Assembly: GCA_951406725.2 (NCBI GenBank)
Contig: OX597815.1
Span: forward strand, 151,652,001 to 151,716,000
Direction: 5' to 3'
DNA length: 64,000 bases
From: Octopus vulgaris
Lineage: Eukaryota
The stretch's first letter is position 1; each line of letters begins with the position of its first letter. Shown piece after piece: positions 13,241 through 26,378 of the stretch. Below the pieces are notes generated by a model. That model saw only the letters and a program-made list of their open reading frames with translations. It made no database searches and was not told where the DNA came from. Both the position numbers and the translations under genes were made by a program.

Positions 13241-13303
13241 CCATTATGTATACACACACACATAATTAATGTGTCCAGCTGGTTGGAATTCTATTTATTT
13301 ATT

Positions 13304-13392
13304 TGTGCAGCTGATGATGGCACTGTGTTTAACTTGATGTAATGATAGCAGTCTTCAATTAAATTGGGCCGCTTGAAACGGTCGTACTACAT
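13304..13392 (+). ncRNA. Type I hammerhead-like motif with a long stem II insert
   Basis: CTGATGA (13311) tggc...gcc..tt-GAAA-cggtc-gta-ctacat; stem I is imperfect. Confidence 0.4.
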
Positions 13393-13422
13393 CACTACTT
13401 GATATCCTATTGCATATTTTGA

Positions 13423-13500
<78 letters not shown>

Positions 13501-13649
13501 GAAAGTTGGTTTGTGAAAGCACGTGGTTGAATATATAGAAAATAGTAAAAAGTGAAAAAACTACAGAAGGCTTAAAGGTTAAAAAATATATATATTTGCG
13601 TCAATACGTCTGAAGAATATTAAAAAAAATTTTTCCCTTACAATGACAT

Positions 13650-14622
13650 AGTTTAGAAGAAAGCATTTTATGACATAAATTATGTTTTCAGAGGCACAAG
13701 TAAAGTTAGATTTGATCTTGAATTTCTGTCCCTCTTTAAAGAGGAATTCTGATCCTTCTAGCAGGTTTGGACATGTTGCACAGTTCGATCTACCACATTT
13801 TTTTACTTTTGCATCCGTAATTTCAGAAAACAATTTTGCCTTTGTGAGAATCTTTTTAAGTGATTTAGGTTGTTTGTAGCTTTTAATAATTTGGTGTATG
13901 TTTAGAATTTCCTTTAATTTGGGGTCCTTATGAAGTATTGGTAAATTCTGGGTGATGATGGTGAAGGCTTCTTTGTTTCTGGGGTTGTATGCAGATATGT
14001 AAGGTAGTATTTTCGGGGAAGGTGTGTTGTTGTGTTGAACTTTTCTTAAAGTTTCTATGTTGATTTCTGTTGCACGTCTGATCCCATCCTCTATGAGTTG
14101 AGCTGGGTAATGTCTGTCAATTAGGGTGTTTTTGAGTTCTTGCAGTCTAAAGTTCCTGGTATTTTGTTCTGACACTATTGTGCATATCCTTCTTGCAAGG
14201 TTGAAGGGGATGTTTGTTTTAGTGTGTCTTGGGTGGTATGAATTAAAAGAAGGTATTGTTTGGCGTCTGTGGCTTTGTAAAAAATGTCTGTTTCTATTTT
14301 AAGGTTAATTTTTTTAATTAGTATATCCAAGAACGGGAGCTCCTTTTGGTTGTATTCCATTGTGAACTGTATATTTGGGTTTATGCTGTTCAATAGGTTT
14401 TTAAATTTTAGGAGTTTATCTGTTTTTCATTCCAGAGTATAAAACAATCGTCTAAGAATCGTTTCCAATTCTCTTTTATGTATTGAGAAAGGGGGTTTCC
14501 AAATATACAGTTCACAATGGAATACAACCAAAAGGAGCTCCCGTTCTTGGATATACTAATTAAAGAAATTAACCTTAAAATAGAAACAGACATTTTTTAC
14601 AAAGCCACAGACGCCAAACAAT
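13650..14622 (-). mobile_element. Penelope-like element fragment (RT C-terminus, linker, start of GIY-YIG) with a terminal inverted duplication
   Basis: WKRFLDDCFILW, FTMEYNQKELPFLDI, KKCGRSNCATC and ENIIYVIKC; ~14499-14622 is an inverted copy of ~14254-14378. Confidence 0.9.
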
Positions 14623-15107
14623 AAGTGAAACAAGTAAAAGAGAAGAATGAGTGTGTGCGTGCGCGCGAGCGTATGTATGTACACATATACATACATTAAT
14701 AGTATACATATTGTTCTTCGTCTCGTTACATATTACACATCTTATCATCGCGATCATTATCGTCGTCGTTGCCACTGTTGTTTTTACATTTTTAACCATA
14801 CACATGTCTCTTGAGGTAGTTTCGAGAAAATTAGTTTAACTTTACCCGGGAAATATATTGCTCTTTTTTACAAAAACAAATTTGCAATAAGGAAGTCTAG
14901 AACGTCTTTCCTGGGAATATAAGAATGTCTGTCTTTTAGACTTGTTTTTTTGTTATTACTAATATTTCTTGTGTTTTCATTTTTTGTTGTATGACATCTA
15001 CAAGAAAGCGTTAAGAAGTATTGACAAGAAAAGGAATAGAAACTGGATACATCCCATCTAAAAGAAAATGTTGAAATAATTTTCGAATACACGAAAACTA
15101 ATTTAAA

Positions 15108-15780
15108 ATGAGAAATATTGCATTTCTAAATCTCTCAGAGAGACTTATACAGCAGCAGTACGATTATGTGATAGTTTGCTGCCAACTTAATGTGGCAGTC
15201 CCAAGAAAGGGAAGAATGCTACTGTTATTTACCTCGAGGAAACATAGTTTCCAGTTGGCTATGTGGCACAAGATTTTTGTGTCCTTAAATTTTCAAACAG
15301 GGGAGATAAGCACCTCCACCCAGCAAAGCCAGCACCCAGAGACTAGTTTCAGAGTTATTGCTCTTCATCAGTCTGGAGTAGTTTAGCGGACTAGCTGTTG
15401 ATGTTTATTCGCCTTTGAAAACTTATAGAATTTCAAGTGAAATAAATTCACTGATCTACAAAATTAGAAATATTGCATTTCTAAATCTCCCAGAGAAACT
15501 TATACAGTAGCAACACGATAAAGTGATGGTTTGCTGCCAACTTAATATGGCAGTCCCAGGAAAGGGAAGAATGCTACTGCTATTTAGTTCCAGGAAACAT
15601 CGTTTCCAGTTGGCTGCATGACACAAGCGTTCTGTGTCCTTAAGTTTTCAAACAGGGGAGAAAGGACACAGAACGCTTGTGTCACGTGGCCAACTGGAAA
15701 TGATGTTTCCTAGGGCTAAATAGCAGTAGCATTCTTCCTTTTCCTGGGACTGCCACATTAAGTTGGCAACAAACCATCAT
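15108..15780 (-). mobile_element. Hammerhead-bearing pLTR-type repeat: tandem copy plus inverted fragment
   Basis: ~15110-15305 is repeated at ~15466-15660, and 15661-15780 is an inverted copy of ~15523-15642. Confidence 0.75.
15336..15376 (-). ncRNA. Minimal type I hammerhead ribozyme (intact core, GUC site)
   Basis: Minus strand ccaga-CTGATGA-agag-caataa-ctct-GAAA-ctagtc-tctgg; palindromic stem III (actagt). Confidence 0.8.
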
Positions 15781-15954
15781 TTTAATTTAAAATGGATAAA
15801 CAGAAAAAAATGGCAATAAAACAAACATTACAAGCAAAGACATCCACTTTTAGCGTCAGGAAAGGCAAATTAATACTGCGAGATAAACACAAGCACAAGC
15901 AACAACATAAACAATAGCAAGAACAACAATGAAGCTGACTGTGAAATATTGATT

Positions 15955-16148
15955 TCAAATTTTGTCACAAAACCGGCAAGTTCGGGGAAGGAGTAAATTG
16001 ATTATATCGACCTCAGTGCTTGATTAGTATTTATCTTATCGACTCCGAAATGATGAAAGTTGACCTCAGCGAAGTTTGAACGAAAAGACGGACAAAATGC
16101 CGCTAAACGTTTTGTACGGCGTGCTAACGACTCTACTAGCTCACCGCT
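15955..16148 (-). mobile_element. tRNA-derived SINE family B, old copy
   Basis: Similar to the copies at 29745-30368 and 36400-36982. Confidence 0.7.
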
Positions 16149-16157
16149 TTGCAGACT

Positions 16158-16803
16158 TGTGAGACATTTACAGCGGGACTAGTGACGGCTTCTTTGCTCG
16201 TAATACAAGCCAAAGAGAGCTTGTAGTGATCCTATACAACGGCGCGCGCGCGCACCGTCCATTTCTGTTTCGCGCGTGCGGTGTTGGTGCCTTCATCAAG
16301 GCAGAGAGGAAGGGCCCTCTCGCGCATGCGCGAAGCACCGGAAGAAGGACCATTTTGCCTACGTGGCAGTTAGCCGAGGCAAGGGGATCGTAGGACGTTG
16401 ACCACTAGCGTCCAGCAGCAGGCAGTGACTTGAGACAAAGCGACTGAAGGCAACGGACGTATATTTTCTCTCTGTCAGGACTTGATAGCAGTCGGCCGAA
16501 GGCTTTTAACCAAACTGTTGCAGACCTCAGCCCTGACGCCATTTTTGACCCGTTCTGTTTTTAGCGGCTGAACATTGTAAAATCTTACAAGCGATTAACT
16601 TTCAGCCTTGCACGCCCAATATCAAGCGGAACCAGATACACCACTTATTTGTTACTGTCATAAGAGAATAAAGTAGATATATATATTTTACGTCTGCGTC
16701 TTGTTTGTTTCTGACTGGTAGAATCTGGATATTAAAGCAACGGAAAGTGATTGCACCAACTTGCACCCCAAAAGTGCAAGAGAAGACGTTCACTTTCGTT
16801 ACA
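16158..16803 (+). mobile_element. Putative solo LTR / CpG-rich segment
   Basis: Starts tgt and ends gttaca; GC/CpG-rich 5' half and aataaa at ~16667; no clean TSD. Confidence 0.35.
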
Positions 16804-17567
16804 AGCTTTTTGTTACGGGCAGTATTCCTAATTTATTTTTGCAAGGGTTGGGCGTACTAATTTGGTTTTGAGCAAATTTATATCTGTCTTTTCAAGTTAT
16901 GTACACGTCTATGCGAGTAGCTATAGCTGCTGAAGTTCCTTCTATATAAAAATAAAAAATTTGTTTTCCTTTTGAACTCCTTTTGTACACATTTCTTTCC
17001 GTTCCCAGTTGCAAAACGTGTATACACGCACAAGTGCACAACTTAGAGGGAACTCTGTGAGGGATGGAATACTGTTAAAGAAAGTGATGTGGTAGCAGTA
17101 TGTCACAAAAGGATGTACCTCCTTTCCTGAGAATTTTATGCTAGAGAAGATAAGGAGAAAGGGAACATAATACTATTTCACGAGGATCAGAGATTTGCAA
17201 ATGACTTAAGAGGAAGAGTATACTACTTTGATAGAGTTAGGATATAGAGAAGTGTGTCGCTGAGCTTCGAAATTCAGGACGAGGCGAAAACAAACAGTCC
17301 GAACTGTGCACCGCATATTTGCTAAAATTTATCGTAATAAAATACATGTCAGTGCAGATCCTGATGGTGTCCTTTCCTCCGCAAAAAACACAGACAAATC
17401 TTAGAGCTGGACGCCATGATGGGTGCAGAGAGAAAGATAGACATAGACAGTGAGACAGACAAATGCACAAATAGACAGACAGACAGATAGACAGATACAC
17501 GTGCAAACAGTTAGATCGATAGATAGATAGACAAATAGATAGATAGATAAATAGATTGATAGATGAC

Positions 17568-17667
<100 letters not shown>

Positions 17668-18136
17668 CAGATAGATAGATAGATAGATAGACTGAGAGGA
17701 AGAGGCAAGAGGTAGACAGAGTAAGCAACAAACATAACGTTATAAAGGTAAAAGAGAGAGTACAGAGAGAGAGAGAGAGGCGGGGAGAGAGTGCGAGAGA
17801 GAGAGAGACAGACAAACAGAGACAGAGACAGAAGGATAGAGAGAGACAGACAGACAGACAGAAGCGAAAGAGAAGGGGAGATGATAAGACGGGTTGTGTA
17901 GGATAGAGACTATAACCGTAACAGTTGTAAGAGTGTGACCCACTTGAAGTTTTTCAGCCAAATGGAGTTGGAAAGCGAAGAAAAAGGAAACTGGATTCTG
18001 TCAGAGGTTGTTTTGCTGTGTGACATCAAACGTAGCTCCGAAGACAGTAGAAGAGATAACATCAACGTCAGTTCCAGAACCCGTTGACGTGACCCTTGTC
18101 AATTATGTTTATAGTACTAATTTATCATTAATAGCT

Positions 18137-18560
18137 GAGATGGCAAGTATACCTCACATTGTCGTGCAGTTACTGTTTATACCTCGTTCAGAGATTTATT
18201 ATTGCTTGTATACACTTTTTCGAGATTAGTGACGTAGAGTTACTGGAAAAAGTATAATATTATTTGCATTGGGAACTTCTTTTCATCGAAAACCGGTGAT
18301 TGTCGCACGCCGATGACGGGTCAAGACCCAGAAACTGCAGTGCGTGCGTATCACTTAGGTTGATGAGGGAAGGGTGACCTCCCTTTGCAAATACCATAAG
18401 TGCACAGAAAGTGTGCCTAAAGCCAGCTGGAGACGATGTTCTCCTGGGGCTACAAGCTACAGTAACACCCACCCTTATTGGTTAACCATATTGAGATGGC
18501 AAGTATACCTCACATTGTCGTGCAGTTACTGTTTATACCTCGTTCAGAGATTTATTATTA
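18137..18560 (+). mobile_element. pLTR-type repeat with a ~68 bp direct repeat and a degenerate hammerhead
   Basis: tgagatggcaagtatacc...gagatttattatt at ~18137 and ~18492; 18304-18348 reads cgcacg-ccgatga-c-gggt-caag-accc-a-GAAA-ctgcagtg-cgtgcg (core and cleavage triplet mutated). Confidence 0.65.
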
Positions 18561-18627
18561 TAGCTTTTTTTATCATAAAGCTATTAATTAGTACTATAAA
18601 CATAATTATTCAGAACTATTATGATTA

Positions 18628-18696
18628 GGCGCAGGAGTGGCTGTGTGGTGAGTAGCTTGCTTACTAATCACATGGTTCCGGGTTCAGTCCCACTGC
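18628..18696 (+). mobile_element. SINE family A, tRNA head only
   Basis: ggcgcaggagtggctgtgtgg...ggttcagtcccactgc. Confidence 0.8.
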
Positions 18697-19590
18697 AGAG
18701 GGAGATAGGCTAAACATTTGTAATAATGGAAGAAAGTTCTTCATCAATGATAGTTGTTGTGGCTCATTAGATCGGGTATTCCTTACGTAAATCCACGATC
18801 AGAGAGAATGGTTTGATAGTAATCCATAGCGAGGGAAAAATGAATGATAACTGTTCCAAAGTTGGACAAAACCAAACAAAAAAGAAGAAAAAGAAAGTTT
18901 TCTTTCGATGAATTATTTTGTTTTCTTTCTTTATTCATTATTTTACTCAATCTTATATCTTGATTTTGGGCGGACCTTTACGGTTATTGTTAAAAGAAAC
19001 CATGTTTTGCCAGCAAATTGTAGCAGTTTATTACGTCTACGATATGCCTAAGAATGCCATCTGATGATTTACCGTATCACTTGCAGCCAATTCTTTTACA
19101 GAAAGCGAGTATACTATTGAGGTTCTGCTCGGCAACAGAGGTAATCTAATGAATTTTAAATGGATTAACTCACTAATTGCAAGTCTGTACCATCTGCACC
19201 GACTAAAATGTGTATTTAATAAATAATAATAATAAAAGAAAGACGAGAATTTTTAAAATGTAAAACAGCAGATGATATTTCGGTCATGCTGCTTTTTTTT
19301 TTTTTTAAACATTTTTGTTTTCTTTTGTTCATTTACAAACCCAGTTAATGGAAGTACCGTTATATAGCAACAAATCTCCATAGATACAAGACAAGTGAAC
19401 GAGTACATGGTCGTTCTGGCAGTAGGAAATTACAGTCAAATTCTCCTCGTATTGCTCCCTATCGTCTTAGTGAATCGAATGTATATTTTGGATACTGAAG
19501 TTCAAGATACATTAGGCATAAAAAAATTATGACTATTTGTAGTCTGCTCCGTCTGAGCTTCGTATTCAATAACAAAAATAGAAGATATGT

Positions 19591-19640
<50 letters not shown>

Positions 19641-19644
19641 TATA

Positions 19645-19815
19645 GTGCTGTGTGGTAAGTAGCTTGCTTACCAACTACATAGTCCCGGGTTTGCGGTTCG
19701 GCAAAAGAGACCGATAGAATAAGTACTAGGCTTACAAAGAATAGGCTCTGGGGTCGATTTTCTCCACTATAAAGGCGGTGCTCTAGCATGGCCACAATCA
19801 AATGACTGAAACAAG
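19645..19815 (+). mobile_element. SINE family A, internally deleted
   Basis: Head fragment joined directly to the 3' part (gcggttcggcaaaagagaccg...gactgaaacaagta). Confidence 0.8.
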
Positions 19816-19829
19816 TATATATATATATA

Positions 19830-19880
<51 letters not shown>

Positions 19881-20002
19881 CAAACTAGAATTATATATAT
19901 ATATACATATATAATATAATTCGAGACAAAACCACTATTTTAAAACCAAACAAGGAAAGACTTAATCAATACATAAAATTTTAATATAAATTAAATAAAC
20001 CG

Positions 20003-20046
20003 CCACTACAAATGTTTCATGTCTGCTACCGACAATCTTCAGGTGG
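20003..20046 (-). ncRNA. Type I hammerhead ribozyme (left arm)
   Basis: Reverse complement of 22158-22201 with one loop difference. Confidence 0.7.
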
Positions 20047-22157
20047 ATTTTCGATCTAAAAATAGCAATATTTTAAAATATAATTTAAAATAATTTAAAA
20101 TAATAAAATAATAAAATTATCAATGAAAGAATGTAAAAAAAGAAAAATATAATCTATATATAATCTATATATAATCTATATATAATTAATATATAATCTA
20201 AAATAATCTAAAATAAACCCTTTAAACAATTGAATATAAAAACCTATTATAAAAGTTCTCATATTTAAAAATGTACAAAAACCAAAAAACAACAAGCAAA
20301 AAACAAAAACCAAAACCTAAAAACAAAAACAAAAAACAAAAAACAAAAAACAAAAAATAAACTATAAATACACACACATGCTCATACACTCAACACATTA
20401 CTTATTCATACTTCCTCACACACACATACAACACTCAATTCATAAACAATATACATATACCCGCTCACACATACATATACATACACATACATACAGAACA
20501 CGATATATACCAATATATAAACACCCACACCCATACAGATAAATAAATTACGCAAACAATCACACACACACACACACAACACATTTTCACACATACATAA
20601 ACACTCAAAAGAAAACCGAACAATTCTTAGCACGTGGATATCAAACATTTAAAAAAATTATGAATGGAAATGAAATCCATACATACAAGTATAAATATAA
20701 CTATACAAACCCTAACACAATACACACAAATACACACACATATATACACACACCCACAAACATAACCATATACACACTCACACATACATATACATACGTA
20801 CAAGTCTCGATACAAACAAACTTTAATAAAACGACCATGTAAAACGAAAACTCATATATATTAATATATATATAAAAGAGTGTGTACACGCAGACGGGTG
20901 CAATCACACGCACATTCAAAACTTACTTATATACAAGTGCATAAATAATCACACCCAATTACATAGCACTCATACACTCCCACATCTACACTTACACTTG
21001 TACACTCTCACACATACATACACACCCATACCTACATACAAAAATTCTTATTAAAATAATCATGATAAATAAAATCCATACATACAAGTATAAATATAAA
21101 GATACAACCCATTACACAATGTATGTATGGATTTTATTTATCATGATTATTTTAATAAGAATTTTTGTATGTAGGTATGGGTGTGTATGTATGTGTGAGA
21201 GTGTACAAGTGTAAGTATAGATGTGGGAGTGTATGAGTGCTATGTAATTGGGTGTGATTATTTATGCACTTGTATATAAGTAAGTTTTGAATGTGCGTGT
21301 GATTGCACCCGTCTGCGTGTACACACTCTTTTATATATATATTAATATATATGAGTTTTCGTTTTACATGGTCGTTTTATTAAAGTTTGTTTGTATCGAG
21401 ACTTGTACGTATGTATACGTATGTGTGAGTGTGTATATGGTTATGTTTGTGGGTGTGTGTATATATGTGTGTGTATTTGTGTGTATTGTGTTAGGGTTTG
21501 TATAGTTATATTTATACTTGTATGTATGGATTTCATTTCCATTCATAATTTTTTTTAAATGTTTGATATCCACGTGCTAAGAATTGTTCGGTTTTCTTTT
21601 GAGTGTTTATGTATGTGTGAAAATGTGTGTGTGTGTGTGTGTGATTGTTTGCGTAATTTATTTATCTGTATGGGTGTGGGTGTTTATATATTGGTATATA
21701 TCGTGTTCTGTATGTATGTGTATGTATATGTATGTGTGAGCGGGTATATGTATATTGTTTATGAATTGAGTGTTGTATGTGTGTGTGAGGAAGTATGAAT
21801 AAGTAATGTGTTGAGTGTATGAGCATGTGTGTGTATTTATAGTTTATTTTTTGTTTTTTGTTTTTTGTTTTTTGTTTTTGTTTTTAGGTTTTGGTTTTTG
21901 TTTTTTGCTTGTTGTTTTTTGGTTTTTGTACATTTTTAAATATGAGAACTTTTATAATAGGTTTTTATATTCAATTGTTTAAAGGGTTTATTTTAGATTA
22001 TTTTAGATTATATATTAATTATATATAGATTATATATAGATTATATATAGATTATATCTTTCTTTTTTTACATTCTTTAATTGATAATTTTATTATTTTA
22101 TTATTTTAAATTATTTTAAATTATATTTTAAAATATTGCTATTTTTAGATCGAAAAT

Positions 22158-22201
22158 CCACCTGAAGATTGTCAGTAGCAGACATGAAACATTTGTAGTG
22201 G
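22158..22201 (+). ncRNA. Type I hammerhead ribozyme (right arm, GUA site)
   Basis: ccac-CTGAAGA-t-tgtc-agtagca-gaca-t-GAAA-cattt-gta-gtgg. Confidence 0.72.
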
Positions 22202-23176
22202 CGGTTTATTTAATTTATATTAAAATTTTATGTATTGATTAAGTCTTTCCTTGTTTGGTTTTAAAATAGTGGTTTTGTCTCGAATTATATTATATAATAT
22301 TTTACTATAAAATTGGATTTAACCCTAAATCTGATTTTTCCCTGTAATTTTGGATTCATTCCCTAATATTTATTATTATATATACATATATATACAAACT
22401 AGAATTATATATATATATAAACTAGAATTTCTCCGCTCACCTTTACACCATATAGAAAGGAGAGAGTAAGAAAGAGAGAGAGGGGAGAGGGGTGGGAGTA
22501 AAAGAGAGACACGGGGAATAGACCAATATAAATGGTGCAGGAGAGTGCACCTACTAGACTTGGTGGCAACACTCTACACACAGTGTGATAAAAGGATGGC
22601 GAGAACTGAGGAGACAGAAAAGATAAAGTAATAAATGGCATGAGAATTTTATAAATGAGAAATTTGTTTAATTAAATTTTATTCTAAGGTAATAAATAAC
22701 ATACTTTCGACAGTTAGTACTCATTTCTTCATTTTCTATAAGCACTAAGAAATTTGATAAAAACTTAGGTTAAACTCCTTCATGCATCAAATGTCAATTT
22801 CTAAAAAGAATTAGTGAAGTGAAATTATGTAGCAACACTAAATGTCGGTGCCACAGCATGGCCACAGCTCATGAGCTGTAACTAGTTCAAATCAAATCAA
22901 ACCAAATCATAATTGTTTTTTTATATATGGTATATTTCCTAAAATAACTCATGAGGACAAAAATATACTACCTAACGTTGCCTGTTATATGTACATACAC
23001 ACACATATACATATATGCATACACACACACACATACGCACACAAATATATCATCACCACCACAACCTCGTTTAGGCTTAGCAGCCCTTCCTGTTTGTTTT
23101 CACTGTCCTGTTTGTGTTACCTATTTTGATCCTCCGCAAAATCCCAAATTTTATTTAATTTGCTTTGCGGGAGAAA

Positions 23177-23259
23177 CTGCTTTATCGAAAACGTATATTG
23201 TTGTTAAACGATCGAAACATGAGAGTAGAAAAACAGCCAACAACTGATGAAGGGTCGTT
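23177..23259 (+). ncRNA. Non-circularly permuted hammerhead-like motif, copy B
   Basis: ctgcttt..cgtat-a-ttgttg-ttaaacgatc-GAAA-catg..aaaacag-c-caacaa-CTGATGA-agggtcgtt; its 5' part is duplicated at ~23628-23670. Confidence 0.6.
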
Positions 23260-23406
23260 CTTTATGTTATTTGACTGGTTTTCCATTTGTGTCTTTCGTT
23301 GTTCGAAAAATCAGTTCATCTGCCATGTACTCCTACTTCGTATTTTTTGCTGTACACGTTTCGTGACGTCCTGTACCCACATATGCACACACACACACGC
23401 ACACAT

Positions 23407-23472
<66 letters not shown>

Positions 23473-23477
23473 GTATA

Positions 23478-23532
<55 letters not shown>

Positions 23533-23553
23533 GTATAGATGTAAGTATGTACA

Positions 23554-23631
<78 letters not shown>

Positions 23632-23676
23632 AAACGTATATTGTTGTTAAACGATCGAAACATGAGAGTATGCAAG

Positions 23677-23746
23677 TTAATTTCATTATTAAGAACATGA
23701 TGGTAGAATGAACATACTACCATCATGTTCTTAATGATGAAATTAA
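23677..23746. repeat. 70 bp hairpin
   Basis: ttaatttcattattaagaacatgatggtag / ctaccatcatgttcttaatgatgaaattaa. Confidence 0.85.
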
Positions 23747-24100
23747 TCTCTCTGTCTATATATCTACCCTCTTTGTAATGTTGGCAAATGAGATAAGTAT
23801 AAGAATGTGCATTGTCCGTTTAATTGAAAAATTCTATATGTGGCTGAAGATTGCTCGACATTTTAAAACTGATGTAATACTTACAGGGTTTAATAAAATG
23901 AAGTAGCATGAAACAATTGTACTACTCTACCTTGGATATCCTTGTTGCTTATTTTGATTATATATATATATATGGGTTGAAAATATGTGGAAAAAATATA
24001 AAAAGTGGAAGAGAAATGCCTTCGTTTCATATAGTTTAATATATTTTTATAAATATATACATATTATATGGACGTCGTGAAATCCAAACAATTTTCGCTG

Positions 24101-24166
<66 letters not shown>

Positions 24167-24477
24167 CATATACATACATATATCAATGGGTGAATGAATT
24201 ATCCTATGTTTACCGTTAACAAGGAAAATTCAATGAACCGTTACCAGGGTAGCAAATTCACGTCAGAAACATGGTTGAAGCGACCTATCCAAAAGTAGAA
24301 ACTCCGGGTTAATGTGCAGTAATTTGTGTGTCATAAATGAATAAATAAATAAATGGAGTTGAATGAAGATGTTAATAAAATTCTTTTACTTTCGACATAT
24401 GTTTCGAAGACAACATGGTTTTATTCCAAAGGAATAAACGGTGTAAAATGCAATATTCTCATCAGGAAAGAAAGATA

Positions 24478-24564
<87 letters not shown>

Positions 24565-24608
24565 ATGTGTGTGTGTATATATATACACACGCGTGCACAC
24601 ACAAACAC

Positions 24609-24684
<76 letters not shown>

Positions 24685-24696
24685 CATACAAATATA

Positions 24697-24745
<49 letters not shown>

Positions 24746-25084
24746 TTTAGTGTTTGTGTGTGCACGCGTGTGTGTATGTCTTTGTGTCTGTGGTGCTTGA
24801 CAACCCGTGTTGGTGTGTCTATGTCCCTGTGACTTAGCAGTTTGGCATAAGAGACTGGCAGATAAGTATCAGGCTTTAAAAAATGAATACTGGTGATAAT
24901 GTATTCGACTAAAAATTCTTCAAGGAGATGTCCCAGCATGGCCCCAGTCTAATGACTGAAACATGCTATAGATAAAAGATACCTATTGGATTTTATTTAG
25001 ATTTATAAGAGATAGACATTTCACGGGTTTCACGTTATTTTCAAAACGGTATGACAAATGGAGCTATACTCTTTTCAATTTCAC

Positions 25085-25283
25085 TCTTTTACTTGTTTTA
25101 GTCATTTGACTGCGGCAATACTGAAGCACCGCCTTTAGTCGAACAAATCAACCCCAGGACTTATTCTTTGGAAGCCTAGTACTTATTCTATCGATCACTT
25201 TTGCCGAACCGCTAAGATACGGGGACGTAAACACACCAGCATCGGTTGTCAAGCGATGTTGGGGAACAAACACAGGCACACAA

Positions 25284-25368
<85 letters not shown>

Positions 25369-25417
25369 TACCATGTGGTTCGTAAGCAAGCTACTTACCA
25401 CAGCCACACAGCGCCTA
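25085..25417 (-). mobile_element. SINE family A, internally deleted
   Basis: 3' half plus head (ccatgtggttcgtaagcaagctacttaccacagccac..gcgcc). Confidence 0.8.
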
Positions 25418-26347
25418 TATTGCAAATTGTGTCTTTTCTCTCTGTTGTTGTAAAAAGTATTTGTTTTTAAAGAAAGGCTATGACTGAGAACGCTACTCTT
25501 TAACGTACAGATAAGTAAGTTAACGTTCATGAGACAGCCGCACGAGAAAGTCACGTAATAGCTTTTCTCTATTGAATATGTCATATGATAGGAAAGAGAA
25601 ATATGCATAAATATGTACTGTTTTCTAGCTTTATGTCGTGAGCAATAAAAATTGAAATACGACTTTAATTAAACAAAACATAACTGTTTACTTAAAAGTG
25701 TTGTTAGTTATTGTTTATTATTCTGTCGAATAAGATATATGATTCTTTTTAAAGTTATCATAATAAATATAACGTGATAAATGTAGCATTGTATAATATA
25801 TTAAATATAATGTATTAAATACAATATATTCATATATAGTAAACGTAACATAATATAATATGAATAATAATGTTATCAATTAGTGATATCCTTTGTTAAC
25901 AAGTTGTGTTGTAAATAAGATACATGAGAACTGCTACATGAATTTTGATTTTCATAATAACAAATAAAATGAACAAACATAATATACTCCAACAATAACT
26001 GAGTCATTGTAAAAAGCAAATCGTGTACTGTTGATGTGTTTATAGTCTGTTCAGAAGTGGTTGGTATTTTTTGATAAACAAAGTTTTCTTTATGTTTGAT
26101 CTGTGGCATTGTCTGCATATTGATAAAATAGGAAGACGAAAAATTTAAGAAGTATGGTTTCCGGGCCTATGTCCAAATGTTCACGGACTGGGATTTGTCT
26201 AGTAGTGGGTTCTCGTATTGTTAATCTCATTCTTAAAGTGAGTTTCGTTTATCCAATGTAATCTTCGCTCTTCGCTGCATCTACTGCGTTTGAGGGCATA
26301 TATTAAATTTTTGAAAATCCAGTGATATTTCATGGTATACTGAATGT

Positions 26348-26378
<31 letters not shown>

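Larger units (their letters stand above)
19910..22380. repeat. Long inverted repeat (~1.18 kb arms, ~33 bp spacer), Penelope pLTR-type fold-back
   Basis: ~19910-21086 is the reverse complement of ~21120-22295 with a few mismatches; an extra tail runs 22296-22380; hammerheads in both arms. Confidence 0.92.

Noticed and set aside
15676-15735. Twister or pistol ribozyme assignment for the second conserved motif
   Set aside because: Only short words (taaatag, acaagc) match; the required pseudoknot pairings could not be drawn.
25876-26118. 80 aa minus-strand ORF as a host gene
   Set aside because: No recognisable domain, splice context or homology is visible.
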